A stretch of DNA of 64,000 nt from Macrostomum lignano (taxonomy: Eukaryota). Shown here one piece after another: positions 23,067 through 35,937 of the stretch (its first letter is position 1; every line of letters begins with the position of its first letter). Below the pieces are notes generated by a model. That model was given only the letters and a program-made list of their open reading frames with translations, was not told where the DNA came from and did not search any database. The position numbers and the translations under genes are program-made. The stretch covers positions 62,001 to 126,000 of the forward strand of contig NIVC01000294.1 in NCBI GenBank assembly GCA_002269645.1. The letters are read 5' to 3'.

Positions 23067-26000
23067 GTGATTAGTAGTATCGAACGATCGAGTTAAGAAG
23101 TTATTTTTAAAAGAACGGAATTACTTTGTCCAATTCATAAATGAATATGTCTAATTGAGGCATAGAAACCCACATGCATGCATATATAATGTCTTACCTG
23201 AACTGTTTCTGTCGCCAACAAACCCAAGCCGCGGCATCAGCTTTGTTTAGGTGCATTTCATATGCGCTTCAAGTTAGTACCTACTACTATTGCTACATAT
23301 TACTAGTAGTAGACGTAGAGCCTAGGAAACCCCGTTTAACCGCCTTCATCCGCCATCATTTGTAATTCTTCCTGTTCCCGATAATTAAGATTCGAGTATT
23401 GAAAGCTTTTTTCGCGCATCTGTACAAAATATTTGTGTGGTATTATTATTTTTTTCTTTTATTTTCTAATCGTGCCATTTATCATCACTTGCTAATCCGT
23501 TGCCCATCAATCGTAGGGCGTTTTTTTGTAATTAAATTAATAAACTTATTTTTTGTTCAACGTCTGGATTTTTTGTGGCCAGTTTGCGAAAATATAATAT
23601 AATCATGTTTGTTTATTCGACGAGTTTATAATTTGTTTCATAATAAGTTCGATTTTTTCTGTCATTTTTAAATGCTAATATATTGAGTTTTGATAATTAA
23701 AACCGTAGCGTTTAAATTTTTCTAAAATAGAGAGGTATGTATGTATATTTTTAAATATCCAATAAATTTAGCAGCGTTTCTATTTTATCCTGTTCCGCGA
23801 GTCAGTCAATTGCCAGGTGTCAAATGTCAAATAAGGTCAATCGGTTATTAACGTACTTTTGGGTCATTTGAAGTTGGTTAATCCAAAAGTTTCAGTGCCG
23901 CCTTTTCCTCATCGAATTTAACTGAATTTAATCTAATTCAATTTTAAGAGTTTTTTAAAACCACGGATTAGTTACCTGTTAAGTAAAATCTTTTTTTTAT
24001 AGTTTTTATGCAACTTATTACAAGTTTTCAAAGCCAAAAGCCCGCAGGGATCGATTTTGCGTACATAAAGTTTCATGTTTCATTATTTTATATCACAATA
24101 AGAGCGTCTGCCGCCGTTCACTCTTCGTCTCGTACCAAACAAGCAAAATAAATCGTCTTTCTTGTTTTTACCTTGGCTTCATTGCTGTAGTATTTCCTTG
24201 TTGGCGATTGTTTGTAATCCCCAAAAAAACCGATTATGATTTAATTATAATATTTCGTGTTTCTATTTCAACAGCATATTTAGATAGGCCTTATAGTCGC
24301 TGTTAAGGTCTTAAAAGATTTTAGACTTTACCTGTTTTTTAGGTTTACTGGATTTGTAGTCACTTCAAATTGTATTGTTTTGCAGTCTTTTCTCAAATAA
24401 GCACAATAAGCATATTACAATTTTCAATTTTCAAAATCCATGTTTTAAGTCCAAAATAAGAGTTTTTATTCAGTGCCATTAAAAACCGGAAATATTTCAG
24501 TTTGTTTAATTTTGCCAGGTTGACTGCAAAATGATATAATATAAGTTCTTATTAATTCATTTATAGTTTGTCTCGGCAATTTCTTCTCGGTGCAGTATAT
24601 AATTATATTTTCGAATTATAATAATTTTTACTTTGTAATAGACATACTGATTGCTAACTGTTGTGTGCTTGACAAACTTCATCAGTGTTCCTCATCGGTA
24701 TATCATATTCTGTCATTTTTGTCATCAACTGTCTTTTTTTCTTCCTTACCCAACGCTACTACTTGTGCAGTAGTACAATTAAGCCAAAATGGCAAAATTG
24801 CATCAACAAAACTAATTTTCCCTGAAAATTTGGTTGCAATGAAGAAGAAATATAAAAAAATTACTGAATATAAAAAATCGCTTAAAATCAAGTGGTTGAC
24901 TTATCCTGAAGTAACTCTTTGGTTGAAGTTTTTTTTCATTTAATTTCAAAATAGCGAAGTATTTTGTTTCATGGAAATAAGTATATGATTTTTTATTTGG
25001 TAAAAATGATTTATTTCTTTTAGCTTTGATTAAATTATATTAAAAAATTCTTTAGTAACGAAGCTAGACCGCTGTTGGAATGTAACAAACTATTCCAGAT
25101 TATGTACTAATGTGTTTCTTGTGTACCTCTAGTTTCATTTTAGTGTATCAATAGTTAATTGGTTGTAGTAAATGAAAGTAAACCTAGTAAATGAAAGTAA
25201 ATTAGATATCTAATATGTAATTTTAAAAAATAGCCACCCAGCTGCAACAGCAGCCTGTCAACGAGTTACAATTAATTACAAGTCGTTCAAAGACCAATAT
25301 GTAAAGTTGGCCAATTTTTTACGAAAAAACCCCATGATCCCATTTTCTAAATCGTCTTGAATTCGCGTTGAAGATAAAAAAAGACAATTGCAAGGGTGAA
25401 TGTCTCGGCTCTAAGATTCGTACGGCAATACAACCTACTATCAAGTAATACATTAGTACGAGCTAATAATGAATTTATGAGCACGTTATGGGCCAAATTT
25501 ATGAGCTATCAAAGCCAAAAAAATAAGCGCAATAATATCCGGATACAGGATGCCTCGTTCTTTGTGATATTTTTGCAAGAACGTCGATCAACTACTTAAA
25601 GTAGTAGCAGTTTATAAAGTTAAGTAGTCTTTTTTATTAATTATTCGATGGTTGTGCATCCAATGAATGAGTTGGGGCTTGTGGACACGTTTAGCTTTCT
25701 AGCAATGGGCAGGCATTTCTGATACGCATGAATATTCAAGACAATAAACTAATTTAGAACTGTAAAGGCATGCACTTATAAGAATTTTGCAAATGAAAGT
25801 GGGATTACGGTAGAACCAATCAAAATGAATTGCTTAATCTAAATATTCCTAGAGCAAAATTTGGCACCTAAAGTATAAAATTTACCAAACAGCCACAGTT
25901 GTATTAATATACTCGTATGTTTGTTGTTATTTAACTTTAGCACTTTGTCATATTCTCGTAAATTGAAATCTGTTTTGATTGATCGATGCAACGCCTCCTT

Positions 26001-26414
26001 AAAAACATTCTCTTGCTTTGGCAAATGAATTTTTTCTTCATTTTCCTCGAGCTAATTGTCAATCTCATTTCGCAATGGAAGCAGCTGATATAAAAAGAAT
26101 TCTGCGACAAAAGCTTTCAAAAAGATTCAATACAGTACGTGCTATATGCATGTTTTAACGATTGTACAGTATTTATTTGAAATTTAATCTTAAGCACTGC
26201 GTTCACAGTTAATTGCAGATCATGCCTCTGATTATAACTATTCATTTGATCGGGGTATAGAGAACTGATTGTAGTTTCCTGGCACCAGTTTAAATTTCAA
26301 ATAAGATACTGAGCGTTACAATACTGGTTACAATGTGTTTGTTCAATACATGCACGCACATTAATTAGATAATATACTCGTATAACACTGCTACTGCAGT
26401 TGCAAGGGATCTCC

Positions 26415-26804
26415 CTAAGTCGAGAGCTGGCGTCTACGGCCGTAGCTCTCCTGAATTGTTGCAATAGGTGGCGACAGACTTCGACAACGCGTCTGAATTT
26501 GCGGCTGCAGGTTATTGATCTGCGTGGACTTGCGCCCTGACGATGACGACCTAGCGGTGTACCTGTTGGACCAGTTCACCGGCTCTTTCATCTCGTCGAC
26601 GCCGCGAACTTTTGCGGCGGCGTACTTTTTCAACTTGTCAGAGTTGACGGTTGTGCGGTAGCCTGGAGGGCGCGAATCTCTCTTTGGCTGAGTCATTCGC
26701 CTGCTCTGTTTCCAGTAGTAAGCCAGGACCACTGCGATAGACACTAGGAGCATTGTTACTAGCAGGCCTACCACTATTAAACTGATGGTCACTTCGCTCG
26801 CCAT
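26415..26804 (-). CDS. Putative small single-pass membrane protein (129 aa), unknown function
   Basis: True ATG; ~23-aa hydrophobic segment ISLIVVGLLVTMLLVSIAVVLAYY followed by basic WKQSRR; GC-rich island in AT-rich DNA; upstream acceptor-like TTTTTCATATCAG| at 26891. Confidence 0.55.
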   Translation of the reverse strand: MASEVTISLIVVGLLVTMLLVSIAVVLAYYWKQSRRMTQPKRDSRPPGYRTTVNSDKLKKYAAAKVRGVDEMKEPVNWSNRYTARSSSSGRKSTQINNLQPQIQTRCRSLSPPIATIQESYGRRRQLST

Positions 26805-27498
26805 TCCGGTTTTCTTTGTCTGACCAGTTGATGCGTTTTAGCCGCTAGGCCTGTGGGTTCACCGGGGGGTCGTGGCATGAGAGTCTAATGCTGATATGAA
26901 AAACAGAAATTACGTTTTTTTCCATAAATTCAGTACACGATCAATAGATTCCAAGGCTAAAATGTAATAAGCTATACTTTAGCGAACTACAGTTCATAAA
27001 CGGTTATTACTTACATATATATATGGCATCTGCTATAGAATTGCGACGATCGAGTTCGAATGCTGGAACTCCTTTTTGATAACAATTTTTTTCGTGAACT
27101 TTTGATTTAAATCTCGAATCAACAAAGTTCAATAGGAATCAAGTAATAAAATTGTAGAATACAATCCAACGAATGGGCCGCTTTTCAATTTTTGTATTAA
27201 AAGTGACAATTGCTGAGAGAGTTGAACTGCAAGTTGAGTGACTTGTTTTTATTTTATAGTCTATGGTAATGCATCAATGTGGAACTAATTGATTTGAATT
27301 ACATGCGTTGAACTTCTCGTTCTCATTTGTTTGTATAGTTGTAGAAACATCTTCGCCAAGGGTTAAACTCAGTTAAAGCTATCGTTGTTTCTGTTTGTTT
27401 ATTCTACAATAACTTCTTTATCAGGGGCGTCGCCACGGGGAGGGACCGATTCTAAAGATAATGTACATGTAGGAATTTCGTCATGTACACGTACATAT

Positions 27499-27652
27499 AA
27501 CAAGAACAACAACAAAGTACACTGGATAGTCTCTAGTGTCACAGGGCGCGTCTCATGGCCAGAGTGCGAACGTAGGCCGCTCCGCTGGCAGAGTCCGGGG
27601 CGCCGGCGTCAGCCAGCAGGCAGTCGACGAAACGCCGAGTGCGCGCCTGTCA
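27499..27652 (-). mobile_element. 3'-terminal fragment of an RTE-type LINE
   Basis: Similar to 40610-40730 (CCAGCAGGCAGTCGACGAAA shared exactly); (TTG)n-like tail on the minus strand. Confidence 0.6.
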
Positions 27653-27981
27653 TACGTACATTACAATTCATGGCTTTGTCCCCCCCCCAACAACAGTCTG
27701 GCGTTGTGACAATAATTTTTAATTATTAGAAAGCATAACTGTCCTTCGACGGTTCAAAGGATCCAAAATTGTGTGTCCGATTAAAAGGTGGCTGACTACA
27801 GATTAAAGTTTATACAAATTTTCATCAAAATCTACAGGAGCCAACATTCTATGGTAAACTAATTCCAAAGAAAGCGCGATGCCTAAATAACAAATAAGCA
27901 ATTAAATCAGCTCGTATAAAGGCAGATTTCGACTTTCCAACGCAGTGCTCGTTAAAAAGAACTTAATTGCTCGAGTAAAGC

Positions 27982-28101
27982 ATGGCCTGCTATAAGGCGG
28001 CAAATCTTCGCTGGCCCTGCTATCACCATTTTCGCAGTTTGGACATCGGCGCTAACTGCTCCAGTCATTCACCGTTGCAGCCTTCTGAGCTTCCAGAAGA
28101 G

Positions 28102-28143
<42 letters not shown>

Positions 28144-28605
28144 ACAAGCAGTCAGGAACCAACATCGACCACTGGACCTTGCGGCACTGCTGCTTCAACC
28201 AATCAGCCACCAGTCGTTTGCAAGCGCTGCAAAAAGTATCTCAGCCTGTTGAAGGTGCTCCGTCAGACCAGAGATTGCAGCAACGGCATCGCCAACGGCT
28301 ACGGCTGCTGTCACACCGGCTGCTGCAGCGACGATCGATGTGGACGAAGGCCTGCTGTCGAGCAGGGAGATCGTCAGCCCGAGCTGGCAGCAAATGACGC
28401 CGGTGGTACTTCATCGGGTTTCGGCACCGGAAAATTGCAGAACCGATGCAGTTTCTGTTGCGGCTGCTGTCCCAGTGACGGAGATACGAGTACGAGTAGC
28501 CGGTTGGGAAGTGCTCAAAGTTGCGCTACTCATAATCAGACTGCAGTGCATGGCTCAAATCGAAGTGCTGAGCCGCGAAGGCAGACTGGGTGTCGGATTA
28601 TGTAG
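27982..28605 (+). CDS. Possible coding exon or ORF: polyQ plus Cys-rich segments, unknown product
   Basis: 207-codon ORF in a GC-rich island, Q15 tract, CKRC and CCHTGCC clusters; possible acceptor TTTTCGCAG| at 28037; no family recognised. Confidence 0.4.
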
Positions 28606-30262
28606 ATTGATGTCTTTGTAGCTGCAATTGCATATGTAGAAGTTTTGGTCAGTAAACTTCGTTTGTTCGTTAGTGAGAATAGATTTTTAAGTTCAAGCTG
28701 TTACTTTTTATTACTTTTGCACAGGTACATGTACATGCATGCTATTTAAAATATTATAACGCAGAAACCCTTCAGATGCACATGTAGGTGAGCTGACAGA
28801 GGTCAATGACAGTATAATTTGTCGTATATAGTCGTATATACCGACCAAAACTTCTGGTAGCTATGCATGACTTCAATACTATATATAATACTTGTGTAGT
28901 AATGCAGTCGGTATTTAAATAGTAAAGGAAGGAACATAATTTTCGATGCCTATTCGATGCAAATGCTGCTTAGGAAGACCAAGTACCATTAAAACCCACA
29001 AATTACTTTAAAAAATCAATAAAGATTTAATAGATTAGCCGAAGTGATTGTTCTACATTTGTCGTAAACACAATCAGCTCATTCACATCTAATATTTGCT
29101 ACATGAAGGCTAAAGAGAGGCGTCCCCTGTTGTTGCAACTTCAACAGATGTTTTCACTTTTAATAGAGCTAGCTGGCTAAATATTACTTTTCCACAAGCA
29201 ACACTAATTTAAGCATTCACAGAGATCGAGTGCAAGCGTCAGTTCCTTTGTTATCAGCTTCATGAACTTGATCGGAAGCGACTTTGAGCAACTTCCAGCC
29301 ATTGCTTTCGAATATTCGACTTGGTTTGTTGATTTTTTGTATAGGAATGTACATGCATTAGTCAGGGCTAATGAACTGCCATCTTCTTAGTGTATTCCCT
29401 TAGCTTTAAATGAGTGAATTTTGTCTGTGGTAAAAACCTATCTGATTAATAGATCAGCCCGGTTTCAGAAGGTGCCATAGATGATGCTTTTGGTGCCGCA
29501 GGACAGGCTCGGAGATACAAAAAACCCGGAAGCCGGTCCGGTAGGTGGGCGCAGCATTTTCAGCGGGGTGACCCTGTCCTGTAGGTCCTGTAGTCCAAGT
29601 TCGTAAACTTTAGTACCTCCTTTTGCAGTTTCTAAGAAATATCGAGTAGCCTAATAGCTAAGTTTCTATTTTAATGAAAAAATTGAAAGCATCGTTCAAA
29701 GACTTCTGTACTAACAAATCACAAATATGAGCGAACCGAAGGACTTAGGATTTTATTACTCCGAGTGAGGGGAGAGAGAGAGTGAGTAAGCGAGAGACAG
29801 AGAGAGCTTTTTGGTGAAAAAATAGATAAAGAAGAAAGATTATTCTTCTTAAAAGAAAAAAAACTTGAAATAAAAAAAAACAAAAAACAAAGACTTGCTA
29901 ACATGGGTCAGTAGGTTTCCAATCACGGATGCATCCATCAAAATTCAGAACTGAAGAGTATAATTGAAGAGAAATCCAAACTATGCTAGGCGTGCGACGT
30001 GAACAAATTTACTAATCATATTAATTATTTAGTGAGAATATTAAGCTTTTCATGTTAAAAGCAGTAGATGAAAATAAAGCTACCATTCGAAAATATTAAT
30101 ATATATTAAGAGGTGTTTAAGAAGCAAAAATATACGGGTGCTGAGTAGCTAGTTTTAACAAAGCATGATTGGAAAAAATCTTCTATGGTTCGATTTTCCT
30201 TCAATTTTCCTGTTTGTAGAAACCAACAAATTGAATGTATTCAATCGATGTGCGTGCTTATG

Positions 30263-32069
30263 CTAAGCGCACAGGGAGTCGTCAACCTGAGCGATACTCA
30301 CCTTGCCGAAGACGTCGTTGTTGCCGCCTGTCTTCCCTGCGATCTTCTTGCCGGATGAGCTCGCATAGCTGCCGCCGCCGCCTCCGTAGCCGTCCTCGCT
30401 GTCGCCGGATCCTCCGCAGCCGCCAGAGTAGCCGCCGCCTCCGCCGCCGCCTCCACCACGGCCGTCAGGAGGAGCTCCAGAGTTGCTGCCGCCTCCGCCG
30501 CCTCCGCCGTAGCCGCCGAACCCGTTGCTATCCGACCCACCGTTGCCCCCGGCCCAGTTGCCTCCGATGCTTCTTCCACCGTAGCCTCCGCCTTTGTCCG
30601 TGGCTTGCGCTGTTCCGTCTGAACTCCAGCCAGCTCCGCCCGCTCCCGAGTTATCATTGCTGTCTCCTTCACCGCCTTGCCCGTCTGATGTCCCGCAAGA
30701 GCTTTCAGTGCTGCTTGTTCCGTCTCTGCCGACCGACGAGGAAGACTCGGCACCGCCGCCTCCTCCTCCGCCGGCCGCCAACAGCAGCTTCTCGGCGCCG
30801 TCTGTGTACACAAAACTGCCACCTCCCCCGCCTCCTCCGCCACTGCTGCCGCTGTTTCCCGGCTTACCAACAACAACCGTGAGAGTTTGCGACATGACCA
30901 GCCTGAAATCGGCTTTCTTGAATGCGCCTCTGCCGCCGTTTGCGTTAGCGGATGACTTGCCACCACTCGCGCCCCAAGCCGATATTTGATAGCAGCCATC
31001 GGCCGGCGGAATGAAAGTCATCACCGATCCAGTTTGGTTGCTCGAGTCTGTTGGAGGAGCTGCATAGAGTTCGATCGAATCAGTTACAGTGTTTTCTAAT
31101 AGCACCCAGAACCCGGCATCTACGCTCGAACGAGTTTGGTTAGAAAGAAGTTCCCGCGCTCGACTCACAATTAAAATCGGCTGGCGCACTGGTCATAGTT
31201 GGTGTCGTAGTTTCAGCTGTAGTGGTAGTTGATGTTGTGGTGGTAGTTGATGTTGTAGTGGTAGTTGGTGTTTTAGTGGTAGTTGATGTTGTAGTTGTAG
31301 TTGGTGTTTTAGTGGTAGTTGATGTTGTAGTGGTAGTTGGTGTTTTAGTGGTAGTTGATGTTGTAGTTGTAGTTGGTGTTGTAGTGGTAGCTGGTGTTGT
31401 AGTGGTAGCTGGTGTTGTAGTGGTAGCTGGTGTTTTAGTGGTAGTTGGTGTTGTGGTTGTAGCTGGTGTTGTAGTGGTAGCTGGTGTTGTAGTGGTAGCT
31501 GGTGTTGTAGTGGTAGCTGGTGTTTTAGTGGTAGTTGGTGTTGTGGTTGTAGCTGGTGTTGTAGTGGTATCTGGTGTTGTAGTGGTAGTTAGTGTTGTAG
31601 TGGTAGTTGGTGTTGTAGTGGTAGTTGATGTAGTGGTAGCTGGTGTTGTAGTGGTAGTTGGTGTTGTGGTTGTAGCTGGTGTTTTAGTGGTAGTTGGTGT
31701 TGTGGATGTTGTAGTCAAGGCTGTAGTTGTGGCGATCGTAGAGCCACAAGCTGCCCGATTTCGAAGCGTCTGCGTGTCGCACGTCGGCCCCTCGGTGTTC
31801 TGCCACTTTAGCAAGAGGTCGCAGCTGTTGCCAAGGACGCAGGTTTTAGTGCCAGGCAGATACTGGTAGACAGAGCACACAGTGGTGTTAACCGCGCACT
31901 CAACCGCGCACACTCGAGAGTCAAAAACTCCGAACACTTTGCGCTGGTCGCCAGCAGCCGGGGCCGCCTCCGCGAAGCACAGGTCCGGCCTCTTGTCGAA
32001 GACGAAGGTCACACCGGCAGCTCGAGAGCTCCAGATGGCCACTATGATGACAATGCTCGCTAAAGACAT
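30263..32069 (-). CDS. Secreted PAN/apple + Thr-rich mucin + ALK/LTK-type glycine-rich-domain protein; join(complement 32069-31169, 31119-30263), ~585 aa
   Basis: Signal-like N-terminus MSLASIVIIVAIWSSRAAG; PAN Cys pattern CAVECAVNTTVCSVYQY...CVL; a 49-nt phase-1 intron (GTGAGT...TTCTAAC...TAG, 31168-31120) fuses the two ORFs in frame (..ADFN-Y-AGFW..); GRD motifs TFIPPADGCYQISAWGASGG, LTVVVGKPG, GGGGGGGSFV, LLLAAGGGG, GGGGGYSGG, GKVSI. Confidence 0.85.
31215..31712 (-). repeat. Coding 18-bp-type repeat encoding a (TTTP[A/T]T)n mucin stalk
   Basis: GTAGTGGTAGCTGGTGTT-type units; lies within the PAN-GRD gene. Confidence 0.9.
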
Positions 32070-32615
32070 TCTTGAACGTCGTCCAGTAAGTCGGAATAAG
32101 CTGACTGAACTGATTAAGAGACTTTACGAGTAGGTTTGAGAAATTTTTGAATTGACGCAAAGCCGGGGTAGTTAAACCCTGCTTTAATAAGAAAGTCTCA
32201 GGCCTCAGGTCCTCTGAGGCTGAGTTATATTTTCTTGGGACTGTCTCATGTTTCGTTTCCATGGAAACTTTGAGCAACAAACTGTCAGAGAAAAAACAAA
32301 AAACGAGAGAAAAAGGGAGCAACAGAGGGGAAGCGTGAGACCACATTAACGTAGCTAGGATATTGGGATAGGATCGGGGATGGTTCTAGTTGTGGAGATA
32401 AAAGCTGAAAATGTTAAGCAAAAGCTAAAAAGACTGAGTTTTTGTTAAAATATGTGCCAAAAACAAAGAATTGCCACAAAAGGGGACATTAGAGACATTA
32501 GGGAACAAAGAGACGCTACTGAGAGACAAGTCGTAAAGATCGATTGGTCTACATTAGGCTTACGTTGATCGAAAGCTCTAAATCCCGTCTGAGTTGTAGT
32601 GAAGCGTCTTTTAAG

Positions 32616-34085
32616 TCACCCAAGAAACTTCTGTCCGGAGTTACCATCCATTAACGGTCGATATCTCAGCTGTTCCATTTCAAAACGACAACCATTAAAT
32701 ATGTCCTCAACTTCGGAAGCCAGCCACAGAAGCACTGCCGGATTCTCACTGTTTTCTGCTGCAGCGTGTAAAATTGTTCGGTTTTTGAGGCTTTTAACAG
32801 AAATGCTTTCTTTAAATCGATTTTTGAAGCCAACGTTTGAAGAGCTTCCAATGCTTGATGTTTGAAAGTAACGTACACCGCACTCTCTCCATCACTGTCG
32901 ATATCGAAAAATCGCTGCTTGTCTTCAACTTCAGAGACAAGCCAAAGAAACGCCGACTGATTCTCGCTGTTTTTAGCTGCAGAATGCAAAATCGTTTGAT
33001 TTCTCGAGCCTTTTGCGGAAAGGCAGTTTTGCAAACCGAGTTCCGTTGCTAATGCCTGAAATATCTTCAAGTCTTGATTTTTAGATGCAGCATACACGAC
33101 TGTCTTTACTTCCTCGTCTGGATCAAAGAATCGCTGCTTGTTAACTTCGGAAGCGAGCCACAGAAGCACTGACTGATTCATATTGTTTTCAGCTGCCGCA
33201 TGCAAATTGTCCGACTTCTGGGACCCTTGGCGGAAGCGCACAGTTCCAAACCGAGTTCCTTTGGCAATGTCTGAAGAGTGTTCCAAGTCTTGGCATCTAA
33301 AGGCATTATACACAGCACTCGTTCCATCCTTGTCTGGATCGAAGAATCGCTGCTTGTCTTCAACTTCGGAAGCGAGCCATAGTAGCACTGAAGGATTCTC
33401 ACTGCTCATTGCCGAAATGTGTAAAATCTGTCTTCCTCGGCATTTGACGGAAAGGCAGTTTTTTCAAACCGACCGCCGTTGCTAATTTCTGAAGAGCCTC
33501 CAAGTTTTGATATTGGAAAGCAACATGCACGGCACTCTTGAAATCCATCCTCGTCTGGAATGAAGAACTGCCGTTTGTCTTTTATCGTGGAAGCAAGCCA
33601 ACGAAGAAAATCTGGGTTTTCGCTGTTTTGAGCAGAAATGTGCAAAGGTGTTTCCATCTCAGCATTCGTCTCTTTGACCAACTGTTGTCCACATTTTTCG
33701 CAAATAATTTGCAGTGATTGGACTGCCGAACCTGTCTGCTTGCAGCAACAGGCAAAGTGAAGCATGTTGTTGAATTCGTCGCTTCTCACTCTGAGGCACA
33801 GATCAGGACGTCTGTCAGCAAAGAATTTTAACAGCTGGACATCGGACGTGACAGCTGCCAGAAACAGCAGTGCCTTCGCTTGTACTCGTATATCATTCTG
33901 ATCCTCAATGCACTTTTTAGTGTCCTTGCTATTCTGTTCTGCTCTATCAATGTCGTCATTATGGCAGGCTTTGAGAAATTCCCTGTGCCACTCTATGCAC
34001 TGGCTGTCTGCCTCGCTCCAGTTAGATTCGAATTCGAATTCGCACAGTCCAAACTGATTTTTAAGTCGAAGTCCTCATCATCCAT
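32616..34085 (-). pseudogene. Ankyrin-repeat gene with five ~73-aa tandem double-ankyrin units, multiple frameshifts
   Basis: LH.AA.NS.N..VLLWLASEV.DKQRFF..D.DG repeats; DNA landmarks at 32711, 32929, 33145, 33364, 33585 (period 216-221 bp); ATG at 34085 (MDDEDFDL) needs a frameshift to join the long frame. Confidence 0.75.
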
Positions 34086-35937
34086 TGTGCGCGTCTGGCA
34101 CAGCTGTGAATTCTCCGGGCTGTAAAAAGTAATCGATTTTTTAGATTTAGGCTAATTAAACCAATGCGTGGATTTAAAAATGTCGAACCTAGTGATGAAT
34201 TGTGATCGGCGTTTCTATGTTCCCCTGTAGATACATTAAGACTTACGGACATTTCCCCTCAGGCACTTTCCTTTTGACATCACCGTCTAGACAGTAGTAT
34301 AGTGTGGTAGAGAGAGGTGTGGACATTGGAGTTGCAACGGCCGTGAGTTCAACTCACGACTTAGAGGGCAAAGAAATGAACCGTAGCTACTACAAGCCGA
34401 GTTTTTCATAAATAACACGGTTCATAATCTAAATTAAAAACCAGTAAATTTCGTTTTTTAAGAAATGTGCAATTAACTTACAGGGGTATACTTAAAATCA
34501 ACAAGTAGAGCAGAGCACCTAAATGATTCCAGCAGTACGGTGTGTGCATGCCTTTGAACAACTATATTAATTCCAACGATTGGTTTTCAAATTTGATATA
34601 AACAATCTATGTGCTACTCGCAAAGTAAGGTAAGTATTTTAAAACAAAGTCCAAAGGTTTTAGTACCATTCACAAGTAAATATATTTATTATGCATATAA
34701 TATTTTAAGGACTAAAATTAATATTGCATGCAATAATATTCACTAGAGACAATTTGCACCTCAGCGCAAAGCCTTCGGCGACATCGTTTTACTTATTTCC
34801 AACTGCTCAAAGGTCATGTGTCTGCCCAAATCTCCCATAAACAGACTTACAGTAACTACAAGGATTTCAGTTCAATACTTTACAGTTCAGTTCAATACCT
34901 CCCTTTGGCCTCTTCGTGTGGTCGGTGGAATGAGGTCTTTGTTGTTGTTGAACACATGATTGTTTGAAATGAGTCCAGCGGCTTATAGCCTACGAGTACA
35001 AGTACAACAAGCCTACAAGGCGTCTTGATGGCATTTCGCAAATTTTACAGCAGGGGCTGCAACGACTTTCATAGCCGGAAGGGATGAGATGCCCTCACAG
35101 TCCACTGGCACTGGCAACATGCTTCGAACTGATAGTAAAACGTTTCTCACTCCTCACACTCGCTACTCTCAGTAGCAGATCGCTCCCCAGTCACTCGGTC
35201 TCATTCTCTCGGCCAGGGTACAATACGTAAGTGCTTTCCACCTAATTCTTGCCTCTGCGAGGCCAATAGCCGAGAGTCTAAATTTTGGACTGGGCAGAGA
35301 GAGAACAATAGAGCATAAACAATTTTTTGGCGCCAAATTCTTGGCTTAGCTGACTTAAAAAGCTTTATTGACCAGAGAGAGAATGAAGTTTTGAGAGAAA
35401 TAATCTTCTTCTCTCTTCTTCTCCTTAGAAAATCCTGCAGGACATCAGCCACGGCGCTCTGCAAGGCGGCTCTCGAGTCTACGAATCCCGATAGAGAGTT
35501 TTGAGTGCAGCTGCTGGCTAGGGGCTGATTCGCTGAGAACTGAGGGAGCGGCTCCGAGAGGGACGAGTGAGAATAACGGTAGTTACATGTGTTTAACTTA
35601 AGTGCTTCTTTATCTCAAGGGCCAGGTAAAGAATTCAGCTCATGGATGAGAGACAAATGAGAGAGGAAAAGAGAAAGACTCGAAGATGAGAAATGAGAGA
35701 GGATAGGAGAGGCGTGAGATGGGATCAGAGAACAGATTTTAAAAGATAAGAGGAGAGAAGAGGGGAGAGAAGAGGGGGGGTGAGAAGAGAGAGAGAGAGA
35801 GAGTTGATGAGACACAATTTAAACCTTGAGCGGGCATGTTGCTTTTATGAAGGGGTTTCAAAGGACACAAGGGACAAAGGACGTATTTTTTAATTTACAT
35901 TTTCTTATAATCATCAAAAATAAATAATACCATCATT

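Noticed and set aside
29499-29582. GC-rich stretch bounded by a 9-bp inverted repeat (CAGGACAGG/CCTGTCCTG)
   Set aside because: No hammerhead, HDV, snoRNA or spliced-leader consensus recognised; a single 9-bp stem is weak evidence.
30235-31869. Arg-rich, Pro-rich and poly-Val ORFs overlapping the PAN-GRD gene
   Set aside because: Shadow frames of Gly- and Thr-rich codons of the real minus-strand gene.
34294-34365. tRNA-like A/B-box sequence
   Set aside because: Too degenerate; no cloverleaf or anticodon could be assigned.
34851-35587. Possible solo LTR with (A)GTAACTAC...GTAGTTACA ends
   Set aside because: The first base breaks TG, there is no matching TSD and no second copy in the window.
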